A DNA stretch of 64,000 nucleotides from Hormiphora californensis (taxonomy: Eukaryota; Animalia; Ctenophora): the NCBI GenBank assembly GCA_020137815.1, contig CM035355.1:6944001-7008000 (forward strand). The letters are read 5' to 3'. A model generated the notes under the pieces. It worked only from the letters and a program-made list of their open reading frames with translations, was not told the DNA's origin and made no database searches. Positions 26,801 through 39,529 of this stretch are shown here, piece by piece. The position numbers and the translations under genes are program-made. Every line of letters starts with the position of its first letter. Position 1 is the stretch's first letter.

Positions 26801-27697
26801 GTTTGTTTGTTTGTTTGTTTGTTTGTTTGTTTGTTTGTTTGTTTGTTTGTTTGTTTGTTTGTTTGTTTGTTTGTTTGTTTGTTTGTTTGTTTGTTTGTTT
26901 GTTTGTTTGTTTGTTTGTTTGTTTGTTTGTTTGTTTGTTTGTTTGTTTGTTTGTTTGTTTGTTTGTTTGTTTGTTTGTTTGTTTGTTTGTTTGTTTGTTT
27001 GTTTGTTTGTTTGTTTGTTTGTTTGTTTGTTTGTTTGTTTGTTTGTTTGTTTGTTTGTTTGTTTGTTTGTTTGTTTGTTTGTTTGTTTGTTTGTTTGTTT
27101 TTTAACTCCCACTACTCAGCAGAATCCAGTTCAAATTCCCGTAATCCTGTTTCCTACAAAAAGCTCCATGACGACCTTGAAAACCAACGAAGCCAAACTC
27201 CGGGGATGCGGCGCCACAGCTACAAAACTAACACCCGAGCTAAGATGTCGGCGCTCTCCATGACGATGACGGCTAAGAAACAAATGTGAGTTGTGTATAT
27301 CCATGGTTACCATGGTTACAGTTCACCAGGCTGGTGCGGGGGAGGGCCACACTCTGTCTTTAGTTTGGTTCAGGGTGTATTATCTCACACTGTTCAGAGA
27401 GAAGGTGATATTGGATCGTCTAACTATCTACTTCAACCCTTTCTCATTCGTTGGAATTATGGGACCCAGTGGATGTGGGAAAACTACTTTCCTGGATCTC
27501 CTATCTGGCAGACAAAAACCATCCAAGATCATCAAAACCCGGGTAATAGCAGGAGCAGGTTCTTGGGAATTGATATATCATGGGAAAATATTGTTGAATA
27601 TAATATGGTTGTGTGTAGAGGAGTAGGCGTGGTATCTGGGGGAGATAGAGAGAGGATTGAATTGAATTGTAACCTGTCTTACCCTTCAGGACTCTCT

Positions 27698-27785
<88 letters not shown>

Positions 27786-27787
27786 GT

Positions 27788-27844
<57 letters not shown>

Positions 27845-30800
27845 CCCCTCTCTTTCCTTCATCTCTCTCCCCTCTCTCTCTCTCAATCTGAGTAATCCCA
27901 ATAAGTCGAGATGAATAGAACGGGGCATATCAGAGGGCCTCCCTAATACACACACATACAGCTTCCCAACCCAAATACAATACAAATGATATACTCAGAA
28001 CTCTGAACTAGTATTGAATCACCCCAACAATCTTTTTCAAAACTACAACCACCGCCTTTTCCCCCAGAAAGACAGAGACCTAAAACAAGAAATTCTGGTC
28101 GACTGCCAACATATTGGGGCCCTGAAAGATGAGTATAGGAACATGTTGGCCTATGTGATGCAGCTGGAGAAACCATATCACGAGAGTTTGACCGTCAGAG
28201 AAAATCTCACTTTTGAGTAAGTAGTAGGTTCAATTGTAATACTGTCGGACCCCGATTTGCTGGGATCCTCGGGAGAAACCAATTTACCAGGTAAATCGGA
28301 GTCCGACTGTACCTTGCCTAGCTAGACTGTCTTTCGCGCACAAACTGTACCTTGGATTGAGCTATGCTCTACTTTGTAATACCTCTGTTTAGAGCACTGA
28401 TGAGGCTACCTAAAGACTGTCCACTGGAGACTGTCTTCCACAGAGTTGAAACTATACTTCACGAGGTAAGTCGCAAAAAAACCCATCATTTGAGTTTGAA
28501 AAAGTAACTCATTGTCTCTCCCTCAAGTGTGGCCTGGTTGAAATAGCAGAGGCCAAAGTTGGAGGTGAATCTGGTGGAGGAATTAGCGGAGGACAGGTAA
28601 TTAGCAAATAATAATAATCCTGAATCCTAATTAACAAATCCTAATTAACAAATATCATCCATTTCCGACCCCTTCCAAAATTCCAACATCTTCTTTTCTT
28701 GTTAGAAACGAAGGCTCTGTGTGGCGTTACAACTGATCGACTATCCGAGTATCATATTTTTAGATGAACCCACTTCAGGTATGTACTATAACACTTCCCT
28801 CCCTCTCTACCTCTTCCCTCCGCTCCCTCTCTATCTTTCTCTCCTTCTCTCTCTACCCCGCCGAAACAGCCTTTTCCCTCCCTACATCCGTCCCCAGGAG
28901 ATTCGACAGTAACCCGGTGTGGTTTTATAGCTCAGTACATTAAATAATAAACATATGTACCGTAAAACATGCCCACCAACACATATGAAGTGTTATGTTT
29001 TAGTTCGGGCTTTCCATAAACTAATCAATACCACAAATTGTTACTAAACGTCTAAACAGTCAACTCCCTTACTACAGGGTTAGACGCGACGGGATCCTTC
29101 GAACTAATGACGATGTTATCACGACTCCAGATCAGCAAGAGATGCATAGTTCTGACAATTCACCAACCCCGCCAGGAGATATTCCATCTTTTTACCCACA
29201 TCCTACTCCTTACTGGGGGACAGGTATAACAGAGTTTAAAACTGGTCAATTTCGGAGAAGATCAGTCTCTTTTCAACCGACAGTACCTATCGTGGACAAT
29301 GCTCTGACCGCGGTTCTCACGCACTCCGAGAATAGGGTCAGGCCAATACTCTGACAGTGGCTGACCGTTGGTTACAAAATAACCCCGGGCGACCTTCGCG
29401 CGTGCTGGCAAGGGGTAACTTCGTAACCAAGGCTGACCGTATTCCACATGTTTCAGGTTGCATACTACGGATCACCATTCCATGCCAGCTCGTTTATTGA
29501 ATCTGCATTTCAACGAGAGAACAAGAAAGTTTCAGATTTTCTCTCCGATCCGGATTATTCTGAAAGCACCAATATTGCTGATAAACTTATGGACTTGATA
29601 AACCAGGTACAGTCAGACACCGATGTATCGGGATCCTCGGGGGAAACGGTTTTATCTAGGGTCCGACTGTTATAGTACCACAATCACCCTATTTTCTGGA
29701 ATTACTGATCTATTTTTTAATAACCATTCTTTTAAGGACGAGCCCAAGCGACTAATTTTGAAGCACTACCAGGAGACAGAGCTGCCTTCAGTCCGTGAAA
29801 TAATCGAGCGATCTCGACAAATCAGCCAATCCGAAACATCTTCAGTTCTTTCTAAAAAGAAAATGTAAGGACTTAAATCGCGATATCTTTGATACATACA
29901 TGTAGTGTGATTTGTAAGTTTCACTAATTCATGCTTCTAACTTCTTTATATCCCAGGCAAGTAGTGGGTGGATTCAATCGAACTATTTTGGCGCTGGAAA
30001 GCAGAGTCATGTTACAACAGGAAACATTTCAAGTCCTCTACCTACCCCTTATATTCGCTCTAGTTCCTCTCGTCCTGGGTTAGTGTGTGTCGGTGTGACA
30101 GAGAGTAATCGCATTGAGGCTCACAGCACTCAGCAGGCATTCACAATTTAATTCTGAGCATGCTGCGGGGGAATTCAATCTCTGTTAGAGGATCCTTCTA
30201 CGGGTGACCGATCAAATTGAGTTCTCCGAACCATTACACAAATACACTCTGTGCTTTTTGGTGAAACCAGCATCAGTTCCGCTGTAACTCGATTGTCAAG
30301 ATGGATCCCAGGATTCCCAAATGGGGCACATTTTGGTGTGAGGTTCTTGTGTAGCGCGCAAAAACATGCGCGTGGTGAAAGCAGTTTTTCAGCACTCACC
30401 ACATGGTCACGCGCGGCGCGTGGGAACTTTTTGCTACGCGCTGACAAGGGCCACTGTTACCTATTCAGGGGAACTCTGGAACATTGCATGACCTCCCAAA
30501 CTATTCCCTTAGGTTGGGTATACTATAAGGAGGAAGAGGGACTTCTAATAATATCCGTTTATTGTGTTGTAACCTGCATGGGACCTCTCTTTCTAACATC
30601 AGTCATAATGAATTTGATAAATGAGTCTCTGCGGGTGTTCCTTATGCAATACAACGATGGAATTGGCAGTCTCTACCATATTGTGTTCATGGTAAGTCAT
30701 ATCATCGGTCACCTTAGTCATATGCCGTACACTTTGATTCTCTCTAACACACACTTGGCTCCATTGCAACCTATTCTCGCTCCCTCAAGAACTTTCTCTC

Positions 30801-33800
30801 ACCCCCTCTCTCACCCCATATCTCTCTGCAGGTGTTTTACAGAATGGTAGGAATCACCACTTTCCCGATGATAGTTTGCAGTGTTATGATTTATCTCATG
30901 GTGATCATCACCTACGATTTCTTCGAGCTCCTACAGGTAGGGGTGAAGGTCAAAAAGTGTATTGCAGTGCTCAGTGATTTCAATCTCTGACTCTCCAGAC
31001 TCCATCTGTCATAGAAGGTGTAGAACTTTAAAATTAGTGCTGCACCTTCCGGCTGGAAATTAACAACAACTTGGTTTTCCCAAGGGAATCAATACAAACA
31101 CTACATAATTAACTGTCTCTCTCTAATACTTCTTGGCATAGGGAACTGTCGTGCTAGCGTCCCATTCACTCTCTATCTCGGTCCGAGTCTCATCTAGTCG
31201 GCTAATCTCTGACAGTCCCGAACTAATATCTGTTGGGTCCCCGTACTGTTCGCTGGAGATGTTCGTTTGTGCTGTTATAGATCCCACTCCACTGCTCCAG
31301 TCTGTTGCTGACACCGTTAAATCTGGGAAGGGAGGTGAATTAGGTATTTCGGTTTTTGATTGCATTTCTCTCTACAAATTCTCCGTGTCTAGAATATGGG
31401 GGCGGGGCGAGAGAGGGGTCTAGAATACTAACCGGGAGAGGGGGTGCGTTGACGTGTGGTTGCAAGTGAGGTGGCATCAGTCTCCGAGGCTGAATAGACT
31501 GTACTTTCATACACTGTGTAGAGACCTGAACCTCCCACGGAGCTGGTTCGGTCAGTTGGCGGAGATCTATAGGGAGAAGAGATGATCATATATATTAGGG
31601 ATCGATTTAGGGGTCGATTTAGGGGTCGATTTAGGGGTTGATTTAGGGGTCGATTTAGGGGTCGATTTAGGGGTCGATTTAGGGGTCGATTTATAGATTA
31701 TTTAGAGAATACAGATAGTATCCACGGTTCACGAACCTGTATCCAGATGTGTTTGGAGCTCGTCTCTTTCTACCACCCTTTCCAGAGCTTACTACTGATG
31801 AAACTTCGCTCAGCATCTCCACATTGCTCTTGTACTCTGCTAGTAGGCGAGCCTTTTCAAGTCTCAGTTCCGCCATCTCCCTCTTCCTCTGTCTCAGTTC
31901 CCCACTCCGGTCCTTCTTAGGGGGAGGGGGTGGTGGAGGGGACGGAGTGATAGTGGGAGGCCGGTAGGAGCTAACATCCGTCCTATCCGTCCAAGTGGAC
32001 GCCCTAGTAGCTGCTCCATCCGAGCTAGGTACAGAAGAGGGAGGGACAGTTGAATAGTCAGTACGACGGGTAACTGGTAGCGACCATTCAGTAGCTGTGG
32101 GTGAGATGAGGCCCGAGCTTCGGTCTGTTCTGGTGGTGACTGAGGGCACAAAAGTGGAAGGTGGCCGGGAGAGGGGTGCATTGTATACCGTACTGACATC
32201 AGTCCTCTCACTGAAGATGCCATACGCACTCAACCTGCAGGGATGAGAGAGTATCACAGATCTGCTAGGCAGATGAAAAACGTTTCTATCGACTAAGCCA
32301 CACCGTAGTAGCTTGCCTTGTTCGACCCTCCCTCGAGGTAGCTGATAAAGGACAACCAAAGAAGCTAACTAATTAATTAATCAATTACCTGGATCGGACA
32401 CTACGTGCAAAACTCCAAGTGGTACTGGCATCAGTTTTAGCACTCCCGAAACTGACATAAGATATGGAGTCGTATATGTTTTCTGGCTTGTCTGACAGCC
32501 ACGCTCTCAACCGTCTAGTGGAGGGAGAAAGTGTGCTAGGAGAAACTTAATTGTACCTACATACATACAATGGGGGAATGATAGTGTTTTAGGCCATAAA
32601 TAGGGTGGAAGGTTTACTGAATTTTAGGCCAAAAAGAGGAAGGGTTTTAAAGCACTTTAAGCCAAAAAGGGGAGTGAGGCTCATTACTATACCTGTCCCA
32701 GCGTAGAGCAAGAAGGGGGAAGAGAGCGGCAAACAGGAACACACTAACTGTACTAAGACAATAGGTTAGCATGTAACCGATTGATAGTTTGAAGGTTCTC
32801 TCCATGTAGACCCCCATTACCCCTCCCATACCACAGACTTGGCATACCACACACACCAGATACAGTGTTCCTACCTGCGGTGATGGATTATTATCAGTTA
32901 AATTTTACACTAAACCGGATTTAAAAACCGGATAAATTAGTATTAGACAGGTTAGATTTATAAACAAAGAGCGACCTACCTGGAAGACCCCAGAACTTCT
33001 CTCATATCCCCGATCTCCCCATCCCTTGCCACTAATGTACATGGCCACACCGACCAGAGCTACACATAGTAAGGTCGGTACAGAGACTACAGCAAGGGGA
33101 GCATAGTCCAGTAGCAGGAAGGTGTAGTGTGCTAGGAGAGGGTTCTCTCTTTCAGTGACAGCATACATGGGCATGAAGATGTTACCCGCTGATCTTTTGA
33201 ACTGGGAAAGGAATAAAGCAGGGTTATTTTCACCCAGGGAAAAGGACAGAAAAACTGTAACATTATTTTGTGATCGACTCTTCAAAATAAAGGGCACTTT
33301 GTCTACCTGTATAAAGAAGACAAGTCCGCCAGTCCATCCAAGTATCCACAGAAGTCCAATGAGAACAGGAACTCTAAAGTTGACCTCCTTCTTCAAATAC
33401 ACCTCCAGTGCCCTAACGACGGTTACCATGGTAACTATAAGGGGTGTTACCCTAGTTACCAGCATAGTAACAATATTGGTAATTATCTGGAACTTTAACC
33501 ATTTCTCATTCAACTTCACCTCCGGTGGTTGCGAGTTACACGGCATCGTCAACGTGAAGTAGGACGCTAGATGGGAGAAGGGGGTGAGATAGAAAGGAAA
33601 AGGGGAAGGAAAGGAGTGGAAAAAAAGGAAAAGAAGATTAAGGTGAAGGAGTGAGGTGGGACCCAAATTAAAAAAAAAAAAAGGGTCCTCTCGGGCGTTA
33701 CTAATAGCGATCATTGCCAACAACAAAAACATGACCACGTACCTGTATGGAGGAAGGCAGCTATTGCAGTCAACAGATTCACATAACACAGCAGTTGGTA

Positions 33801-36800
33801 AAGGGAGCTGATAGGATCTGGTCTGGTAGCGTAGTATCGGGAACATTAGAAACACAGTTAGCCCCCCCCAGTCTCCACTAACCAGTACCGGTATAGGGCG
33901 ATGAACAGACTATATACCTGAATAAGGGAGGGGCGTGGTTATGGACCATGTGGAGTACAGTCGTCCCCGAGTGAAATGACAGTGAAATAGAGTGGTAAAC
34001 CCCTATGATATGTATATTATACGAGGTTCGGTTACGGAGGATAGGCCAAAGAATTTGTGAGAATTAATGAATCACAGGACATCTAACTTGATCTTTTTAC
34101 TCTTTACAAATTATCCCGGTAGATGCGTTTGGAGTAGGTATGTTTACATCCACCCCCAATACTCATAATTGAACACACGACGATCTTGAACACTCCAGGT
34201 CATAATCCAGTGCTCATTAAAAAATTTGGAAAATCCCAAAGGGGAACCCCCCGGGCGGGGGGAGAAAATCCCCCTGCCCTCTTTTTTTTCCCCTTTTTTT
34301 TTGCCTCTTTTTTACATTCTCTACTTTTCCTCTCGTTTCCTTCAGTGTTTCTCCCTCCCCCGCCCCTTTTCGGGGGGCCCTGCATATTTACCGGGGGGGC
34401 CCTCTTTTCCACGACCTCCCCCCCTCTCTCTCCTCTCTCTCTCCTCTCCCCTCTCTCTCTCCTTTTCCCCTTCCTCCTCCTCTCCCCCCCTCCTCTTTTC
34501 TTTCCCCTTTTTTTCTCCTCTCTCTTCCTTTTTTTCCCCTTTTTCTTTCCTCCTCTTTCCTCTCCCCCCTTTTTGCCTTCTTTTCTTTCTCTCCTCTCTC
34601 CCCCCCTTTTCCTCTCTCTCCTCTCTCTCCCCCCTCTCTCTCCCCCCTAAAAGGGGGATCTAAACAGGGTTACTCAGGGGGCACGTGCATTTCCGGGTGT
34701 TGAGTGAGCGCGTGTAACCCTCCCTCCCCAATACTATGGGGGTCCCCGCCCCCGGGATACCCCCTTGTTTCGGGACAAACAAGGGGAGGGAAAATTATTG
34801 TACCACAATTGTCCATTATAAACTTTTGACACCACCTTCCCCTCCCTTTAGCCACCCTTTCCCTACCTTCCCCACCCTTTAACGCCACCCTTTAGCCATG
34901 TTTAAACCATGCTACCTTCCCCACTCTTTAACTATCACCTTCCCAAATCCCCACCCTCTAAACCACCATTTAACGCCACATTCCCCACCCTCTAAGCCAC
35001 CCTCCCCACCCCTCCAGCCATCACGAACGTTCTGTTGAAAGACAAGCTATTTGGATGCACCGAGTACACGAGTAAACTGACATGTCAGGGCACCTCAGGG
35101 AACTTCAACCTTTACACATTTGGTTTCCTGGATGGGTCCCGGCCTCACTGGCATTGTGCTTCTGTGTAAGTATTTTTTAGTATTTTTTGTTGAGTAAGGG
35201 GTTACTCAACAACTGTTTTTGCTACTCACAGCTGTTTTTGGGGTTCAGCTTAATTTTTTTTTTGAACATACTCCAAATTTAGGGGGTTCCCCCGGGGCAC
35301 TTTGATATTTTGAACCCCCCAATCTGTGGTTCCATGAAAATTTCATCTAAAATTGCAATTGCAACTAGCTCTCTTCTCTTCAGGTTTGATCGTGATAACG
35401 CATTTATTCTCTTGGTGGATCCTGGTATACAAGCATTGCAAGGAACCCATGCTTGAAACAATTCAAAAGAGTTTCATCTCGTTCAAGTGAGAAAAACTGG
35501 GGATGGAGAATGAAAGAGAGAGGGAGAGAGAAAAAGAGAGAGGGTGGAAGTGAAGGAGATAGTGATGAATGGCGTCACAATCCCACTGAACGCTCTCTCT
35601 TACAATTCTCATTGTCCTACTGAGACAGCTTGTGGACCTCTTAAAGTCTTTGTTCCCACCGAAAAGCGAATGAGAGGTTGGGGGGGGGGGGGGGGTTTTT
35701 GTTTAAAAATTTTTTGGCGTTCCCCAAAAAAGACCACTCGAAAGATGGTTTTTAAACCCCCTTTGCGAAGGGGGCCAGGAAATGTAACCCTGATGAGTGA
35801 GGATAGAAGTGGGGGTTGGGGGCGCGACGTGTATAGTTGCAACTATCCCTCTCTCTATCTTTATCTCTCTCACGTCTATCTTTCTCTCTCTTCGAAACAT
35901 GAGACCTTTGTCAGTGGGAAACTCGCTTTGAGCGACTTATTGAAACACATGTGTAAAAGAAAAACAAAGAGCTCGAGAGACACATCATGTGTTACCAATA
36001 GGTCACACGGCGTGTTACATGTGTCATAGGAACCGACCGAAACAAGTAAACAACTAATCAGAACTCTTTATTTAGGTCACGTGACTGGTTATCAGCCAAT
36101 CAGGGACCAGTATTTCCTGATTCGGTCGGTTCCTGATGTGTCATATTTCCCGCAGGAGTTCGTTCAAGTGGCCAAAGAGGGACAGAGAGAGGGGGAACAA
36201 GGTTGGAGATGGTCACTTGGTGATCCCGGACTCAAAACGAGGGGATGTGAAACAGGAGTGGGCCACAATAATAGGACGTGTCATGTCCCAGCAGCAAGGT
36301 ATTGTACTGAATGTCGCATTGTCGATAGTTAACTGAAACTACAGTTGCCATGTATGAGAAATGAAACAGACCGATCATAGGAAGCGCCAGAGCTGAGTCC
36401 AGACATAATGAATCTAATAATATAAGTTCCCGATAAATTTCTACGTTTATTTAGTTGCCGAACTTGACATATTGTGTCCTATTCAGATGCAGTTGATGCG
36501 GAAGAAGATGCCCGAAGGATCATCAAATCCTCGGTGATGGAGGGTGTCGGACACTTTGTGTACCGGAGAGGAACCAACTCCGAGAAGATCCTTGAGAGAC
36601 ACACCAGATCTTACCGATCACAAAACGGTAAAAAATCTATCAGAACTCTAAATGTTTGTTGGTTCATGCAACAATAAACTGTATTTTTATCTGAATGGTG
36701 ATTTTATAATGTTCATTTCTTTCAGGTGTTAGCGACGAAATGCTACAAGAGTTTGTGGCTCTGATCAAGGCTGCGGTCAAAACATCCGGCCAAATTTCTG

Positions 36801-36857
36801 ACGACCCCCACAAACCATCCATCATTGGTGAGGGAGAAGGAGGGATAGATAGAGAGT

Positions 36858-36923
<66 letters not shown>

Positions 36924-36960
36924 TAAAGATAAAGAGAGAGAGAGAAGGAGGGAGAGAGAG

Positions 36961-37049
<89 letters not shown>

Positions 37050-37673
37050 AGAGGAAGATAGATCCCTTGGGGGGTGAGTCTGATTACCATAAGCACGGAT
37101 AAAGTTGCACACATGTCACTTGCCTTCCCCCTCACAATTGATCACTTCTCTCCAGGCGTGGGCATAAAAGATGCTGGTACCAGGTCTATCAAACATCACG
37201 CGGGAATCAAAGCTCACGAGCTTGTCAGTGACTTCAGGAGAAAGAAAATGATGGGTTTTAATAGGTTAGTACCATAGAAACAAAGCAACCATAACTTACA
37301 GTTACTTATTAATATTATGCATAGGTAACTGTAAACAGTGTTCCAAAGTTGGGCACGTCGCGCCCCTCTGTTTGCGCGCCCGTAGGGCGATCCCCTCACA
37401 AGTTCCAAAGACTTGTTATCTTATTGTTGTATCCCATTAATCACGGGTATCATAACCCCACTAATCGGATATCATATTTGTAGAAGAAGTGAGGATGAGC
37501 TGATGGATGGACGTCCAGCTACCCCTCGTACACCCAACACGATAGTGGAACATGACCCGCTAGAGGTGATATGTGAGCCAGACGAAGAGAACTCTAGACA
37601 CCAGGACAATCCTCTCGAAGACATGGAATCTTCTTCTAGAGTACGTCTAGTTGACGCTGACGATACGTTATAG
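23827..37673 (+). CDS. Notum/pectin-acetylesterase ectodomain - TM - ABCG half-transporter fusion protein (>25 exons)
   Basis: Signal peptide; CNDHSPAKYY, WIVYLESGGGC, YLPYCSSD, GSSAGG, DSAWF, KHDIY, SCLQH, CNPSCP (Notum/PAE); TM helix; GPSGCGKTT, YVMQ, ISGGQ, IIFLDEPTSGLD, TIHQP, NIAD (ABCG NBD); ABC2 membrane exons at 29957-30936 and 34199-35490; tail exons to TAG at 37671-37673. Intron phases checked from 24567 to 29223 are all compatible. Confidence 0.85.
26781..27099. repeat. (GTTT)n microsatellite, ~80 units, filling an intron
   Basis: Perfect tetranucleotide array between the donor at 26777 and the acceptor at 27119. Confidence 0.97.
27692..27883. repeat. (CT)n microsatellite
   Basis: Seen directly; intronic. 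Confidence 0.95.
28240..28311. mobile_element. ~70-bp MITE, TA-flanked CAGTCGGACCCCGATTT family (Tc1/mariner-pogo-like ends)
   Basis: Inverted termini TACTGTCGGAC.../...GTCCGACTGTA; related copies at 29608-29672 and 46630-46705. Confidence 0.75.
29608..29672. mobile_element. Degenerate copy of the ~70-bp TA MITE
   Basis: TACAGTCAGACACCGAT...GGGTCCGACTGTTA, starting 1 nt into the intron. Confidence 0.6.
31123..33917 (-). CDS. Divergent 7TM (rhodopsin-like GPCR-type) protein with a long Ser/Thr-rich C-tail, nested antisense in an intron of the Notum-ABCG gene; start not resolved
   Basis: About seven hydrophobic helices across exons 33917-32690 (e.g. MFLLLAMIAISNA; ITNIVTMLVTRVTPLIVTMVTVVRA; LIGLLWILGW; VSVFLFAALFPLL), then S/T/P-rich exons ending at stop 31123-31125; GT-AG junctions. 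Confidence 0.6.
31595..31693. repeat. 12-bp tandem repeat (TTAGGGGTCGAT) x ~8
   Basis: Seen directly; intronic in both overlapping genes. Confidence 0.9.
34215..34900. other. Low-quality, homopolymer-inflated sequence obscuring ABCG transmembrane exon(s)
   Basis: Abrupt change to C/T/G/A homopolymer runs right after the acceptor at 34198 (VIIQCSL...). Similar stretches at ~33640-33700, ~35260-35330 and ~35640-35830. Confidence 0.65.
36027..36135. mobile_element. 109-bp hAT-type MITE with an 8-bp TSD
   Basis: TIRs TAGGAACCGACCGAA / TTCGGTCGGTTCCTG; ATGTGTCA at 36019-36026 and 36136-36143; partial inverted copy at ~45975-46034. Confidence 0.85.
36862..37036. repeat. (GA)n microsatellite
   Basis: Seen directly; other (GA)n arrays at ~38866-38975 and ~42286-42370. 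Confidence 0.95.
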
Positions 37674-38863
37674 TGAATTATAGGGGATAGTGTCATATAT
37701 TTTGATCATTTCTTGTTGTCATGGAAGCAATAAGGGGTCTTGTTATTTTAGAAGTTGGTAACTAGGGTACTAGAGAGACATTACAAGAACCTAGTTTTGT
37801 TGATGCAATCAGCACTGGTAAATTTGTTAACTCTGAAAATGTTTTTGTAACACAAACTGCATCACATGTAAGTGGAATTTATTGTGTGAAAATATATTGT
37901 TGTTTCAATAATTTCAAATCGCTGTTTTTTCCTTCTTGTAAAGCAGCTTTGGTTGACTGATACGGCAGTGGTATCTTACAACCCGTGCTGCATGGTATTG
38001 ATTAGTGTCGGGTTGCCATGGACACGTGACCTTACCATATATGGAATAACGCATTGTCCGACTCATTTATGAGGGGGGCGGGGGCTCCAGTAAATTCAGT
38101 CATCTCACGTTGCAATGGTTTGGGTTGTTGCTGAGTAGCGGTCTCCCCTTTTCGTTGTCTCCCCTTTTCGTTGTCTTTCCAATTCGTCTGCGGAGCTATA
38201 TTTCTCTATCCTTGGAACATTCCCTCCATTCTGTATACGAAGTTCACTGTATACATTCCACATCTAATCATTCAACCGATGCTCTATCCCTCTCTTTATT
38301 TCATTGTTTCAAATGAACTTTATTTCCCCTGTGTGTAACATTTTTTGCAGCCTCTCTATGTGTGTTTTTGACACAGTTTGACCATATTTATATCTCTGAG
38401 TGTAACCGGTCAAAATTGTGATTGTTTGCCTTGTGCCGTGTGTCATAGAATATATTACCACCCCGGATATTACCCCCTAACATTCTGTTTCTGTCCCTCT
38501 TGTTTCACACCTGTCTGTCTCATTTAATCATCAATGTGTCCTGTCAATCACGATATCAGGAATAATTTCCAGTTTTATCGAATGGAGCCTTTCTATAGCT
38601 TTCTGTTTGTCAACGGAGATCTTTATTTCCCATTCCCAAGAAATCTATGACATAATTGAAGTGAAATTTCCTTGGATTTGCCCGAACGACAAATCCATTT
38701 CTCTCCCTCCCTCTCTCTCTCACTTTTCTCTTTCTTGATGCGTTGTTTGACCACAATGTCTTTCGTTCGGTCGAGTTTCTCTCCCTCTTAGTCAGAGTAT
38801 ATGGTTCGCAGCACAACAGGAAGTACTCGGTCTGACCACGTTATATCTTAGACTAAGGGAGAT

Positions 38864-38935
<72 letters not shown>

Positions 38936-39529
38936 GAGAGAGAGAGAGAGAGTGAGAGAAAGAGAGAAAGAGAGATCATATATAAAATGAGAGGCTCTGT
39001 TTTGTAACGTCAACTCAGAGAAAGAGAGAGAGAACTTTGGTGATTGGACCGATCTCTCAGGGTAATTGAACGTCCTCTCTATCTCGTAGTGCATCCTTCT
39101 CTCTCTGGATCTCCCTAGTAACCATACTTGGTTACCATGGAAACACAAAAGGACACGCGCACTAAATTACGAAGAGCACTCTCCAATTTCCGGCCCAAGT
39201 TGACTGAACCACAAGAGCTCTCTTGAGAGGGAAAGAACTATGAGAGAGAGGGAGAATGAGAGTTAGTAAGATCGAGAAAGTGAGTAGTTACGGTAGATCA
39301 CCGGTCAGTGAGTGAGAAGGCTAGTGTGTAATTTGTCATGATGGCTTCTCAGTCAGACTCTATCAAACACGGGAGGGGCAACAGTCGAGAGAGAGAAAGA
39401 GGAGAGAGATGATGGGGGAGTGAGAGTGAGAGAGAGTGAGTGAGTGAGAGAGAGGGAGTGCTAAACAAACAGAGAACTCCGGCCTTCCAAACACGCACAA
39501 AATGTGTTAGTGTGAATAACTCTTTCTCA

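Noticed and set aside
26719-27289. ORFs of FVCL / TNKQ repeats
   Set aside because: Translations of the intronic (GTTT)n microsatellite.
34186-34888. P/F/L/S-rich ORFs
   Set aside because: Homopolymer-inflated low-quality sequence, not credible proteins.
36743-37135. ER/SL-repeat ORFs (also near 27.7, 38.9, 42.2 and 62.1 kb)
   Set aside because: (GA)n microsatellite artefacts.
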